This document shows positions 36,260-44,553 of a stretch of 44,553 nucleotides of DNA, piece by piece. Made by a program: the position numbers and the translations under genes. Each line of letters begins with the position of its first letter. Position 1 is the first letter of the stretch. The notes beneath the pieces were generated by a model. That model worked only from the letters and a program-made list of their open reading frames with translations. It had not been told where the DNA came from and did no database searches. Source of the DNA: a virus (Duplodnaviria; Caudoviricetes); IMG/VR virus record IMGVR_UViG_3300024232_000021, positions 1 to 44,553 of that record; one strand, 5' to 3'.

Positions 36260-36678
36260 ACGAGCAGGTCTTCTTGCAGGTTCCAGGGCTGACCATCACC
36301 AACGTCCGGATCGCCTCGGCGTTCGGCACGTTCCCGACGGCGCACGTGACGATGATTCATCCCCGAGTCGACGAGAAGCGGTGGGGCTGGCTCTGGGCGT
36401 TCGTCTTCGGCGGCTTCTTCGCGCTGGGCGCCTTCGCGAACTGCGGGAACGCGGTGATGGCGAAGGCAGGCCAGGGCGCGAGCCCGGCGGCCGCCGCGGT
36501 CCTCTCGATGATCATCGGCGGCGGGCTCATCTTCCTCGGCACACGGCTTCCCCGCGCCATCTACACCGCGCGCGTCACGGTGGGCATGACGTGGACGCAG
36601 CTCTATCGAGGACCGAACCAGGGCGAGGCCGATCACATCCTCGGTGCCATCCATGCCGCCGTCGGCCAGCGCTGGTGA
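36256..36678 (+). CDS. membrane protein (DUF6232-like), possible superinfection exclusion
   Basis: ATGA-coupled to the repressor; LTITNVRI...TFP N-terminus; two TM segments. Confidence 0.65.
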   Translation: MNEQVFLQVPGLTITNVRIASAFGTFPTAHVTMIHPRVDEKRWGWLWAFVFGGFFALGAFANCGNAVMAKAGQGASPAAAAVLSMIIGGGLIFLGTRLPRAIYTARVTVGMTWTQLYRGPNQGEADHILGAIHAAVGQRW

Positions 36679-36688
36679 TGTATCACGG

Positions 36689-36717
36689 TTGACGTATCAT
36701 TGAGCTAGCGTTAGCGT
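36689..36717 (+). promoter_or_regulatory. rightward sigma70-type promoter
   Basis: TTGACG-N17-TAGCGT; shares TTGACGTATCATT with the leftward promoter. Confidence 0.8.
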
Positions 36718-36756
36718 CACCTCCTCGCGCCCCGTTCGGCGCGGAGGAGGGCGACC

Positions 36757-38382
36757 ATGCGCGAGTCCGAGGACCTGGAGGAGCAGCAAGGCGACGAGGA
36801 CGAGGGGCCCGCGCCGGCGCCCAGCAGAGCAGCAACGGGAACGCGCACCATCGTCGACGTCGCGCTCGACAAGATCGACGAGTCGCCGACCAACACGCGC
36901 CGCACGTGGGGCGACCTCGACGAGCTCTCGAAGTCGATCGCCGCGGTGGGCGTGCTCGAGCCGCTGCTCGCGCGCCCCAGCCCGAAGAAGCGCGGGCGCT
37001 TCGAGCTCGTCTTCGGCCACCGTCGCTTCCGCGCGGGCAAGCTCGCGAAGGTCGCGACGCTCCCGCTGATCATCCGCGACCTCACCGACGCGCAGGCGGT
37101 CGAGATCCAGGTCGTCGAGAACCTGCAGCGGACCGACATCCATCCGCTCGAAGAGGCCGAGGGCTACGAGCAGCTGATGAAGATCGGCAAGGTGACGGCC
37201 GAGGAGATCGCTGTGCGCGTGGGGAAGTCGCGCAGCTACGTCTTCGGCCGCCTGAAGCTGCTCGCGCTCTGCGAGAAGGTGCGGAAGGCGTTCGCGAAGG
37301 ACGAGATCTCGGCGAGCGTGGCGCTGTACATCGCGCGCATCCCGAGCCCCAAGCTGCAGGTCGACGCTCTCGAGGCGGTGACGGACTATGACGGCAACAT
37401 CCTCTCGGCGCGTGACGCCAAGGCCGAGATCGAAGAGCACTTCATGCTTCGCCTCGACGAGGCGCCCTTCGATCGCGAGGACACGACGCTCGTGCCGAAG
37501 GCCGGCGCGTGCGGGACGTGCCCGAAGCGCACTGGAAATCAGGCGGTGCTCTTCGAGGACGTGAAGAGTGGAGACGTTTGCACGGACACCGAGTGCTTCA
37601 GCGCGAAGAAGCACGCGCACGGCAAGCGCCGCCTGCAGCTCGCCGCCGAGAAGGGGCAGGCGGTCCTCGTCGGGAAGGCTGCAGACGATGCCCTTCGCCA
37701 CGGCTCGAAGCTCGTGAAGCTCGACGAGAAGAACTACGACGATCCGAAGTACCGGACGAACCGCTCCATCATCAAGGGGAGCAAGGCCGAGGTCACGCTC
37801 GCGAAGGACGACGATGGCAACGTCCACGAGCTCGTCTCGCGCGCCGCGGTGACCAACCTGCTGCCGAAGAGCGCGAAGGCCGAATCGTCCTCGATGAGCG
37901 ACGAGGACAAGAAGCGCCGGCAGGCTGCTGCGCGCAAGCGGGTGAGGACGTGCGCGGTGATGGGGGCGGTCGTCGCGGCCGCTGAGAAGAAGGTCGAGGG
38001 TCACGCGTTCTGGACCTTCCTCGCCGATGTGCTCCTCGACAACGTCGACCACGACGATGCGTCGGAGATCTGCAAGCGCCGCGGCATCGACGTCGACAAG
38101 AAGAGGTACCGCCAACCCGACGCGGCACTGAAGACGGCCTTCGCGAAGATGACCGTCGAGCAGGCGAAGGGGCTCGCGATCGAGCTCGCGGCCGCGCCGG
38201 GCAGCTACCGCTTCAGCAGCTGGGGCTCGAAGGAGCTCGGCACGAAGCTCGTCGCCGCGGCGGAGCACTACAAGGTCGACGCGAAGAAGATCGGCGACGC
38301 GGCGATCGCTGAGGCGAAGGCCTCCAAGCCGGCGCCGAAGAAGCCCGCGAAGAAGGCGACGCCGGCGCGAGGTGCGCGATGA
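36757..38382 (+). CDS. ParB/Spo0J-family protein with Cys cluster
   Basis: GVLEPLLAR, FELVFGHRRFRA, ENLQRTDIHPLEEA and CGTCPKRTG...CTDTECF. Confidence 0.9.
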   Translation: MRESEDLEEQQGDEDEGPAPAPSRAATGTRTIVDVALDKIDESPTNTRRTWGDLDELSKSIAAVGVLEPLLARPSPKKRGRFELVFGHRRFRAGKLAKVATLPLIIRDLTDAQAVEIQVVENLQRTDIHPLEEAEGYEQLMKIGKVTAEEIAVRVGKSRSYVFGRLKLLALCEKVRKAFAKDEISASVALYIARIPSPKLQVDALEAVTDYDGNILSARDAKAEIEEHFMLRLDEAPFDREDTTLVPKAGACGTCPKRTGNQAVLFEDVKSGDVCTDTECFSAKKHAHGKRRLQLAAEKGQAVLVGKAADDALRHGSKLVKLDEKNYDDPKYRTNRSIIKGSKAEVTLAKDDDGNVHELVSRAAVTNLLPKSAKAESSSMSDEDKKRRQAAARKRVRTCAVMGAVVAAAEKKVEGHAFWTFLADVLLDNVDHDDASEICKRRGIDVDKKRYRQPDAALKTAFAKMTVEQAKGLAIELAAAPGSYRFSSWGSKELGTKLVAAAEHYKVDAKKIGDAAIAEAKASKPAPKKPAKKATPARGAR

Positions 38383-38657
38383 ACGCGCCCAGCCACGCCG
38401 AGCAGCTCGGCCACCAGCGCAACGTCGAGCACGCGACGGAGGCCTTCAGGCGCGCACACCTCGCCGCGCGGCAGCTCGGGATGAGCGCCTACGGCTACCG
38501 GGTGATGGGGAAGGAGGAGCCGAACATCGTTGCGGCGCAGATCCGGAACGAGGCGCAGGCCATCCTCTCGCGCCTCGAGGTCGACGGCTGCGAAGAGAGC
38601 GAAGCGGCGCTCGATCGCCTGATGGTGCTCGCGCTCGCCCTGGCGGGTGAGCGGTGA
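38379..38657 (+). CDS. hypothetical protein
   Basis: ATGA-coupled. Confidence 0.65.
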   Translation: MNAPSHAEQLGHQRNVEHATEAFRRAHLAARQLGMSAYGYRVMGKEEPNIVAAQIRNEAQAILSRLEVDGCEESEAALDRLMVLALALAGER

Positions 38658-38986
38658 GCGGGCCCAAGACTCTCGTCGACGTCGAGCGCCGCATCGCCGA
38701 GGTGCGAGCGTGCCTCGAGGAGTGCACGACGATGCTGGACAAGCTCGGCGTCCAGAGCGTGTGCATCGCGCTCGTCCCGGTCGGTGACCCGTTGCCCGAT
38801 GGGCGGCATGCGTACAGCCCGATCACCAACGGCACGCTCGATCCGGCGGCGTCCGAGCGGCTCTATCGACGTCTCGTCGCGAACTACGCCGAAGGGCGCG
38901 TGAAGAACTCGCTCGTCGTGCGAGACCGCGAGGGCAACACCACAGAGACGCCGCTGCAGCGTGAGAGCGAGAGGCCGAAGTCGTGA
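38654..38986 (+). CDS. hypothetical protein
   Basis: GTGA-coupled. Confidence 0.65.
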   Translation: MSGPKTLVDVERRIAEVRACLEECTTMLDKLGVQSVCIALVPVGDPLPDGRHAYSPITNGTLDPAASERLYRRLVANYAEGRVKNSLVVRDREGNTTETPLQRESERPKS

Positions 38987-39384
38987 GCGAGGGCGTCTAC
39001 CTCTCGCGCATCGAGCTCGCCGCGCTCCTGGCCGCGGTCACCCAGGGGGCGATCGGGAAGCTCGGGCTCGCGAACCTCCTGTCCGTTTCGACCACGCGCG
39101 CCTGCGAGATCCTCGAGCGGTTGATGCCGTCTCATCGCCCCGATCTCGCGCATCACTTCAGGCCCCTCGTGGCGAAGTTCAGCGAGCATCCGGCGCGCTC
39201 CGAGTGGATGGCGATCGCCGACAGCGTCATCACCATCGCCGAGATCCAGGGCGAGGCCTCGAAGCGCGCCTCGGTGAATCGTCGCTGCCCGAAGTGCGGC
39301 ACGCCCTATCCCGCGCTGCTCCTCGAGGCGGTCGACGCCGAGGTGCGGAAGGCCGTCGCCGGCGGCTCGAAGGGCTCCTGCTGA
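38983..39384 (+). CDS. hypothetical protein
   Basis: GTGA-coupled; contains CPKC. Confidence 0.65.
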   Translation: MSEGVYLSRIELAALLAAVTQGAIGKLGLANLLSVSTTRACEILERLMPSHRPDLAHHFRPLVAKFSEHPARSEWMAIADSVITIAEIQGEASKRASVNRRCPKCGTPYPALLLEAVDAEVRKAVAGGSKGSC

Positions 39385-40322
39385 TGCTCACGGCAGCCGA
39401 CCAGGAGATCCGCTCCGTCTGCATCGGATCGAGCGAGGCCGCTGCGATCATCGGCGTCGGCACCGACGCTGCGAGCGAGTGGGATGTCTACGCGCGCCTG
39501 GTGCACCCCGAGCTCGAGGTGCGCAAACGGACGCTGCCGATGAGGAAGGGCAACGCGCTCGAGGACCTGGTCGGCGAGCTCTACGCCGAGATGTTCCCGC
39601 AGTACCCGCTCACCGTCGCGAGGACGATGCGGCACCCGCGCTACCCCTTCGTGTGCACCTCGCTCGATCGCGAGGTCCTCGGCTCGCACGCGGTCGAGCT
39701 GAAGGCGCCGACGATCCACACCCGCGATCGCTGGGGCCGCTCGTGGTCGAGCATCTTCCCGACCGAGTACCTGGTGCAGGTCACGATTCAGCTCGACGCG
39801 AAGGGCTACCAGTGGGGTCACCTCGTCTCGCTCATCGAGGGCGAGGGCGACATCAGGATCTACAAGATCCGCCACGACCCCGAGCTCGCCGAGATCATCC
39901 TGCAGAAGTGCGACGGGTGGTACCGCCGGCACGTCCTGACGCGCGACCCGCCCGCGCTCGACGACAGCGACGCAGCCGAGCGGTACCTGCAGAAGCGCTA
40001 CCCCAAGGGCAACGGGCTCGTGCTGCCGGCCGATCCGGACACGCTGCTCCTGCACGAGCAGCTCAAGCGCGAGAGGGCCTCGATCAAGGAGGCGAAGAAG
40101 CGCGCGAAGGAGCTCACCAACGTGCTCCGCGCGCGCGTCGGCGACAACGACGGCATCGAGGGCGTCTGCATGCTCCGAGAGCAAAAGGGGCGCGTCGGCT
40201 GGTCGAAGGTCGCCGCCGAGCTGCAGCCCGCGCGCGAGCTCGTCGAGAAGTACACGGGCGAGGCGAAGAGGAAGTTCACGTTGCTCGGCGCAGCGGATGA
40301 CGACGACGAGGAGGCAGCTTGA
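39384..40322 (+). CDS. YqaJ-like (lambda exonuclease family) nuclease
   Basis: IGSSEAAAIIG, GNALE, HPRYPF..SLD, VELKA and PTEYLVQV. Confidence 0.9.
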   Translation: MLTAADQEIRSVCIGSSEAAAIIGVGTDAASEWDVYARLVHPELEVRKRTLPMRKGNALEDLVGELYAEMFPQYPLTVARTMRHPRYPFVCTSLDREVLGSHAVELKAPTIHTRDRWGRSWSSIFPTEYLVQVTIQLDAKGYQWGHLVSLIEGEGDIRIYKIRHDPELAEIILQKCDGWYRRHVLTRDPPALDDSDAAERYLQKRYPKGNGLVLPADPDTLLLHEQLKRERASIKEAKKRAKELTNVLRARVGDNDGIEGVCMLREQKGRVGWSKVAAELQPARELVEKYTGEAKRKFTLLGAADDDDEEAA

Positions 40323-40324
40323 CC

Positions 40325-41692
40325 ATGGGCAATCAGACGCAGCAGCAGTCGACGGCAATGACGAAGGGCCAGCCGCAGGGGCAGCAGCTCGCGAAGGACG
40401 GGCCGCCCGATCCGGTGAAGACGATGCGCGGCTTCATCAACCAATCGCAGGGAGCCTTCGCGAAGATCCTTCCCAAGCACCTGACGATCGAGCGCTTCCT
40501 GAAGGTGTCGCACGCAGCGATGACGAAGACGCCGAAGCTCGCGCTCTGCGATCCGCGCTCGATGATTATGGCGCTCATCCTCTGCAGCGAGCTCGGGCTC
40601 GAGCCGAACACGCCGCTTGGCTACGCGTATCTGATCCCCTTCAAGCGCAAGTTCAAGGACAACAGCGGCCGGTGGTGTGAGGTCCTCGAGGTGCAGCTGC
40701 AGATCGGCTACCAGGGCTACCTTCAGCTGGCGCGGCAGAGCGGCCAGGTCGGCGCCGTCGGCTGCTACATCGCGTACAAGAACGACGTCTTCGACGTGGA
40801 GCTCGGCGACGAGCCGCGGATCAAGCACGTCCCCATCCTCGACGGAGAGCCCGGGAACATCCGCGCCGCGTACATGGTCGCGAAGCTGGCGAACGGTCAG
40901 CTGCAGCGCGAGGTGATGAACTACGCGCAGCTGTTGAAGATCCGCGACCGCTCGCCGGCAGTACGGCTCGATCGCGACAAGAAAGGCCCGTGGTTCACCG
41001 ACGAGCCGGAGATGTGTCGGAAGACGGTCTTCCGGCGCGGTCAGAAGTGGCTCCCGCGCTCGACCGACAAGGATCTGCTCGCGCGCGCCGCCGAGATCGA
41101 TGGGCGCATGGAGCGCACGCCAGGCAAGGCGGGGCCGATCGACTTCAGCGTCATCGAGGAGCTGCCCGTCGAGCTCCGGCCCACGCCCGAGATGCTCGAG
41201 GAGGGCGACGGCGACCCGGACGTCATCGAGGGCGAGGGCGAGGAGGTCAGCAACGTCGCGCCAGAGGACGCGCTGAAGGCAAAGCTGAAGGCCGAGGACG
41301 GCCCGCCGGCGACGGAGACGAAGCCCGCATCGGTGGTCGAGCCGACACCACCAGCGGCGCCGGCGGAGGCGAAGAAGGACGAAGCGCCACCGGCGGATGC
41401 TGCCGACGACGGGCCCGCCCCACGCGCGAAGCGCCGCACGCCGGACGAGGCGCGCGCGGAGGAGGAAGCGCTCGAGCGCGAACTCGCCGCGGCGATCGAC
41501 CAGCTGTCGCTCGGCACGGTCGCCGCCGTCGAGGAATGGACCAAGGCGCAGCGCGCCGGCGGCCGCTGGAAGAAGCTGTCGTCCGGCGCGAAGAGCCGCC
41601 TGAACGACGTGCTCTATCAGACGGTCACGAAGCTCGAAGCCGACGAAAAGGCCGCGAAGACCAGCACGCGCGAGCCGGGGAGCGAGGGCTGA
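40325..41692 (+). CDS. recT: RecT single-strand annealing protein with long acidic C-terminal extension
   Basis: LPKHLTIERF, LGLEPNTPLGYAYLIPF, QIGYQG and PWFTDEPEMCRKTV.RR..KWLP.S; alternative TTG start at 40319. Confidence 0.93.
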   Translation: MGNQTQQQSTAMTKGQPQGQQLAKDGPPDPVKTMRGFINQSQGAFAKILPKHLTIERFLKVSHAAMTKTPKLALCDPRSMIMALILCSELGLEPNTPLGYAYLIPFKRKFKDNSGRWCEVLEVQLQIGYQGYLQLARQSGQVGAVGCYIAYKNDVFDVELGDEPRIKHVPILDGEPGNIRAAYMVAKLANGQLQREVMNYAQLLKIRDRSPAVRLDRDKKGPWFTDEPEMCRKTVFRRGQKWLPRSTDKDLLARAAEIDGRMERTPGKAGPIDFSVIEELPVELRPTPEMLEEGDGDPDVIEGEGEEVSNVAPEDALKAKLKAEDGPPATETKPASVVEPTPPAAPAEAKKDEAPPADAADDGPAPRAKRRTPDEARAEEEALERELAAAIDQLSLGTVAAVEEWTKAQRAGGRWKKLSSGAKSRLNDVLYQTVTKLEADEKAAKTSTREPGSEG

Positions 41693-41697
41693 GCGCG

Positions 41698-42333
41698 ATG
41701 GAGCCCGCGAAGGCCGAGAGAGTCGCCATTCCGCGCGCGAAGTTCCGCGTGGCGGAGTTCACGCTGCGAGGAACGGCCCCGTACGTGAGCAACAAGTTCA
41801 GCGCCGAGGCCCGGGAGATGATGCGCGCGAAGATGGTCGCCGGCGCGCAGGCGAAGAAGGGCGCCAAGCGTGAGCCGCGCGACTTCGACGCCAACTACCG
41901 GCAGTCGATGCACTGGTTCGACGACAACACCGCCGGCATCCCCGCGACGTGCTTCCGCCAGGCGATGGTAAGCGCGTGCCGGATCGTCGGCTTCAAGATG
42001 ACGCTCGCGAAGCTGGCGATCGCCATCCTGGCCGACGGGTACGACTGCGACCCCGGTGACGGGTCGCCGCTCGTGCGCTTCACCAAGGGGACACCGGAGA
42101 AGTTCGAAGCGGCCACCCGGAACGAGACGGGCGTCGCCGATATCCGCGTGCGTGGCCGATGGGCGCCGGGCTGGGAGTGCAAGCTCCGCGTGCAGTACGA
42201 CGCGGACATGTTCACCGAGTCCGACGTGCGCAACCTCTTGGAGCGCGTCGGGCTTCAGGTGGGCATCGGCGCCGGGCGGCCCGATTCCAAGACGTCTTGC
42301 GGTCAGGGGTGGGGACTCTTTGAAATCGTCTAG
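41698..42333 (+). CDS. solo RAMP/Cas7-like RNA-binding protein (211 aa)
   Basis: N-terminal FTLRGTAP strand, GIPATCFRQAM helix, RVRGRW..WECKLRVQY strands, and C-terminal Gly-rich loop VGIGAGRP....GQGWGLFEI. Confidence 0.75.
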   Translation: MEPAKAERVAIPRAKFRVAEFTLRGTAPYVSNKFSAEAREMMRAKMVAGAQAKKGAKREPRDFDANYRQSMHWFDDNTAGIPATCFRQAMVSACRIVGFKMTLAKLAIAILADGYDCDPGDGSPLVRFTKGTPEKFEAATRNETGVADIRVRGRWAPGWECKLRVQYDADMFTESDVRNLLERVGLQVGIGAGRPDSKTSCGQGWGLFEIV

Positions 42334-42503
42334 GCCGGCTGGGCCTGGCGAGGTGTGGCCGAGCCTGGCCTAGCGAGGCGCAGCAAGGCAACGCAGGCAA
42401 GGCACGGCTCGGCAAGGCCGAGCGGAGCTAGGCGGGCACGGCGCGGCAGGGCGAGGTGAGGCGAAGCCAAGTGAAGCAGAGCGGGCGAACCAAAGCGAAG
42501 CAA
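42333..42503 (+). ncRNA. array of RGY-NN pentamers, putative guide RNA(s) for the upstream RAMP
   Basis: 31 pentamers (GGC/GGT/AGC/AGT plus a variable dinucleotide; one ACC) in blocks of 11, 7, 9 and 4 separated by 4-nt units. Intergenic; RNA status is inferred. Confidence 0.7.
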
Positions 42504-42521
42504 ACGCCCCGGAGACAAAGC

Positions 42522-42554
42522 ATGAACGACAGCAAGAAAAGTGATCAGCCGTGA
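42522..42554 (+). CDS. 10-aa mini-ORF (MNDSKKSDQP) coupled to the exonuclease start
   Basis: GGAG Shine-Dalgarno at 42511; its TGA overlaps GTG 42551. Confidence 0.35.
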   Translation: MNDSKKSDQP

Positions 42555-43171
42555 CCTGGAGCTCCTCCCTGGCCGTCCTCGACACCGAGACGACGAGCGT
42601 GAGCGCCGCCGATGCGCGCATCGTCGAGCTCGGGCTCGTCCTCGTCGACGACGGCCAGGTCGCGGAGAAGCACGCCTGGCTCGTGAACCCGGGCGTGCCG
42701 ATCCCCGTCGAGGCCTGGTCGGTGCACGGCATCACCGATCAGCGCGTTGCGTTCGCACCGGCCTTCGAGGAGATCGCGCTCGACGTGGGCGCGCTCCTCG
42801 AGGGGCGCGTGCTCGCGGCCTACAACGCGCGCTACGACCGCGAGGTCCTCCTCGGCGAGTGGCAGCGCGCGGGCGTGGTCGTGCCTCCGCACGCGACGTG
42901 GATCGATCCGCTCATCTGGGCGCGCCACGTCCACCGGAACGAGAAGGGGAAGAAGCTCGAGCAGGTCGCGCAACGTCTCGGCGTCGAGCCGAAGACCGCG
43001 CCGCACCGCGCGCTCGCCGACGCGCTCACGTGCACGCGCGTCCTCTTCAAGCTGCAGCAGTGGATGCCGACGGAATACGGCGCGGTGGTGCTCCTGCAGG
43101 AGGAGCTCCGCCGCAAGCAAGAGAACAGCTTTCGCGCGTGGCGGGCTCACAGCGGCCGCCGGGCGGGATGA
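42551..43171 (+). CDS. DEDDh 3'-5' exonuclease (DnaQ-like)
   Basis: VLDTETT, VHGIT, AYNARYD and HRALADA. Confidence 0.92.
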   Translation: MTWSSSLAVLDTETTSVSAADARIVELGLVLVDDGQVAEKHAWLVNPGVPIPVEAWSVHGITDQRVAFAPAFEEIALDVGALLEGRVLAAYNARYDREVLLGEWQRAGVVVPPHATWIDPLIWARHVHRNEKGKKLEQVAQRLGVEPKTAPHRALADALTCTRVLFKLQQWMPTEYGAVVLLQEELRRKQENSFRAWRAHSGRRAG

Positions 43172-44031
43172 GGGGCGCGCGGATGGGAACCTGCAGCTGC
43201 GAGGTGTGCCAGGCGCTCGGGGTCGTCGCGGGCATCATTGCCCGTCACGTGGTGACCGCGCACGGTGGCATCGGCCAGCGCGATCCGAAGCCCGAGAAGG
43301 TTGCAATCGAGGACTTCGACGAGCGCCTTCGCGGCGTGGTCGCGGTGAAGCGCGCGCACGAGGCCGAGCTGCCCGAGGAAGAGAAGAAGCCCAAGCCGCT
43401 CAGCCTCGAGCAGCTCGCGCTCTACGAGGAAGGCCTCTCGCAGGGCATCGTCGACGGCATGCAGAAGGCGGTCGACCTGATGCTCGGGAAGACCGGGCTG
43501 CGGATCGAAGACCCGCCGGTGAAGCGCACGAAGGCTGCTGCGCCGGTGCCACCGAAGAAGATGCCGACGATCCTCGAGGACGTCGAGTCGAAGCTCTCGC
43601 GGTGCGCGCAGACGCTCCTCGACGTCCTCACGCACGACGCTCGAGCGACCAGCCGCGAGGAGCTCTCGATCCTCTCGGGCTACGCGATGCGCGGCTCGTT
43701 CGATGAAGCGCTCGCTGACCTTCGCGAGCTCGGCCTGCTCGAGGGCCTCAAGGCGACGCCGGCGGGGGCGAAGCGCGCGCGACCGTGGAACTCGCCCGGG
43801 CCCGCCGAAAACCTCGACTTCTGGTGCCGGAAGCTCGACACCTGTCCGGCGAAGCTCCTGCGCGTGCTCGCCGGTCGCCCCGCCGGCGTGAGCCGTGAGG
43901 AGCTCGGACGCCTCGCCGGCTACGCCCTCTCCGGCAGCTTCGACTCGGCGCTCGCCGACCTGCGCGGGCGCGCCTTCGCCAACACCGGCGCGCCGATCAA
44001 GACGCACCCGCTCTTTCTCTCGACGCAGTGA
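43168..44031 (+). CDS. protein with two tandem C-terminal winged-helix repeats
   Basis: SREELSILSGYAMRGSFDEALADLR and SREELGRLAGYALSGSFDSALADLR; alternative start at 43183. Confidence 0.65.
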   Translation: MRGARMGTCSCEVCQALGVVAGIIARHVVTAHGGIGQRDPKPEKVAIEDFDERLRGVVAVKRAHEAELPEEEKKPKPLSLEQLALYEEGLSQGIVDGMQKAVDLMLGKTGLRIEDPPVKRTKAAAPVPPKKMPTILEDVESKLSRCAQTLLDVLTHDARATSREELSILSGYAMRGSFDEALADLRELGLLEGLKATPAGAKRARPWNSPGPAENLDFWCRKLDTCPAKLLRVLAGRPAGVSREELGRLAGYALSGSFDSALADLRGRAFANTGAPIKTHPLFLSTQ

Positions 44032-44050
44032 ACCACCAGCAGGAGTCACC

Positions 44051-44367
44051 ATGGCCACCAAGAAGAAGCCGACCACCAAGAAGAACAACGGCAAGAGCGC
44101 CATCGTCCTCGTCCGCACCTACAGCGCGGGCGTGCACTTCGGGAGGCTCGGCGAACGCCGCGGGGCCCAGGAGCTCGACCTCCACGATGCGCGGCGCATC
44201 TGGTACTGGAAGGGCGCCAACACGCTGCACGAGATCTCGCTCAACGGCGTGAGCGCGACCGGGAGCAAGGTCAGCGAGCCCGTCTCGAAGATCACGCTCC
44301 TGCAGGCGATCGAGATCCTGCCGATGACGCCGGCGGCGCTCGCCGCGATGGAGAAGGTCAAGTGGGG

Positions 44368-44371
<4 letters not shown>
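44051..44371 (+). CDS. DUF6948-like protein
   Basis: VLVRTYSAGVHFG, ARRIWYWKGANTL.EI...GV and IEILP; SD AGGAG. Confidence 0.75.

Positions 44372-44553
<182 letters not shown>

Noticed and set aside
42333-42503. Canonical CRISPR array, or a protein-coding ORF (42330-42518 minus, 42370-42735 minus)
   Set aside because: There are no 25-40 bp repeats with spacers. The 5-nt period conflicts with codon structure, and the ORFs are low-complexity antisense readings.

Overview
Apparently complete, circularly permuted ~44.4 kb high-GC (about 70% by eye) tailed phage genome with a contractile tail. The head genes are Mu-like (DUF935 portal, gpT-like capsid, gp36, gpG) but there is no transposase. The host is probably a myxobacterium (inference only). 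The window ends overlap by about 148 bp inside a (Gly-X)n repeat gene. Layout: lysis, tail, head and packaging genes on the minus strand (~0.4-26.4 kb); replication, integrase and cro on the minus strand (26.6-35.7 kb); a cI-like repressor cassette flanked by twin divergent sigma70-like promoters; and an early rightward operon (ParB-like, YqaJ, RecT, DEDDh exonuclease). The most striking element is in that operon: a solo RAMP/Cas7-like gene (41698-42333) followed directly by a ~170-nt non-coding array of RGY-NN pentamers (42333-42503). This is a candidate RNA-guided system with a gapped guide code and no CRISPR array or other cas genes. Also notable: a tRNA-Arg-derived attP inside an integrase that lacks its catalytic C-terminus, a 9-bp motif (GTGGGCAAT) at late-gene starts, and an RcGTA-like head-spike pair on the opposite strand. 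All family calls are from recognising motifs by eye; no searches were run.
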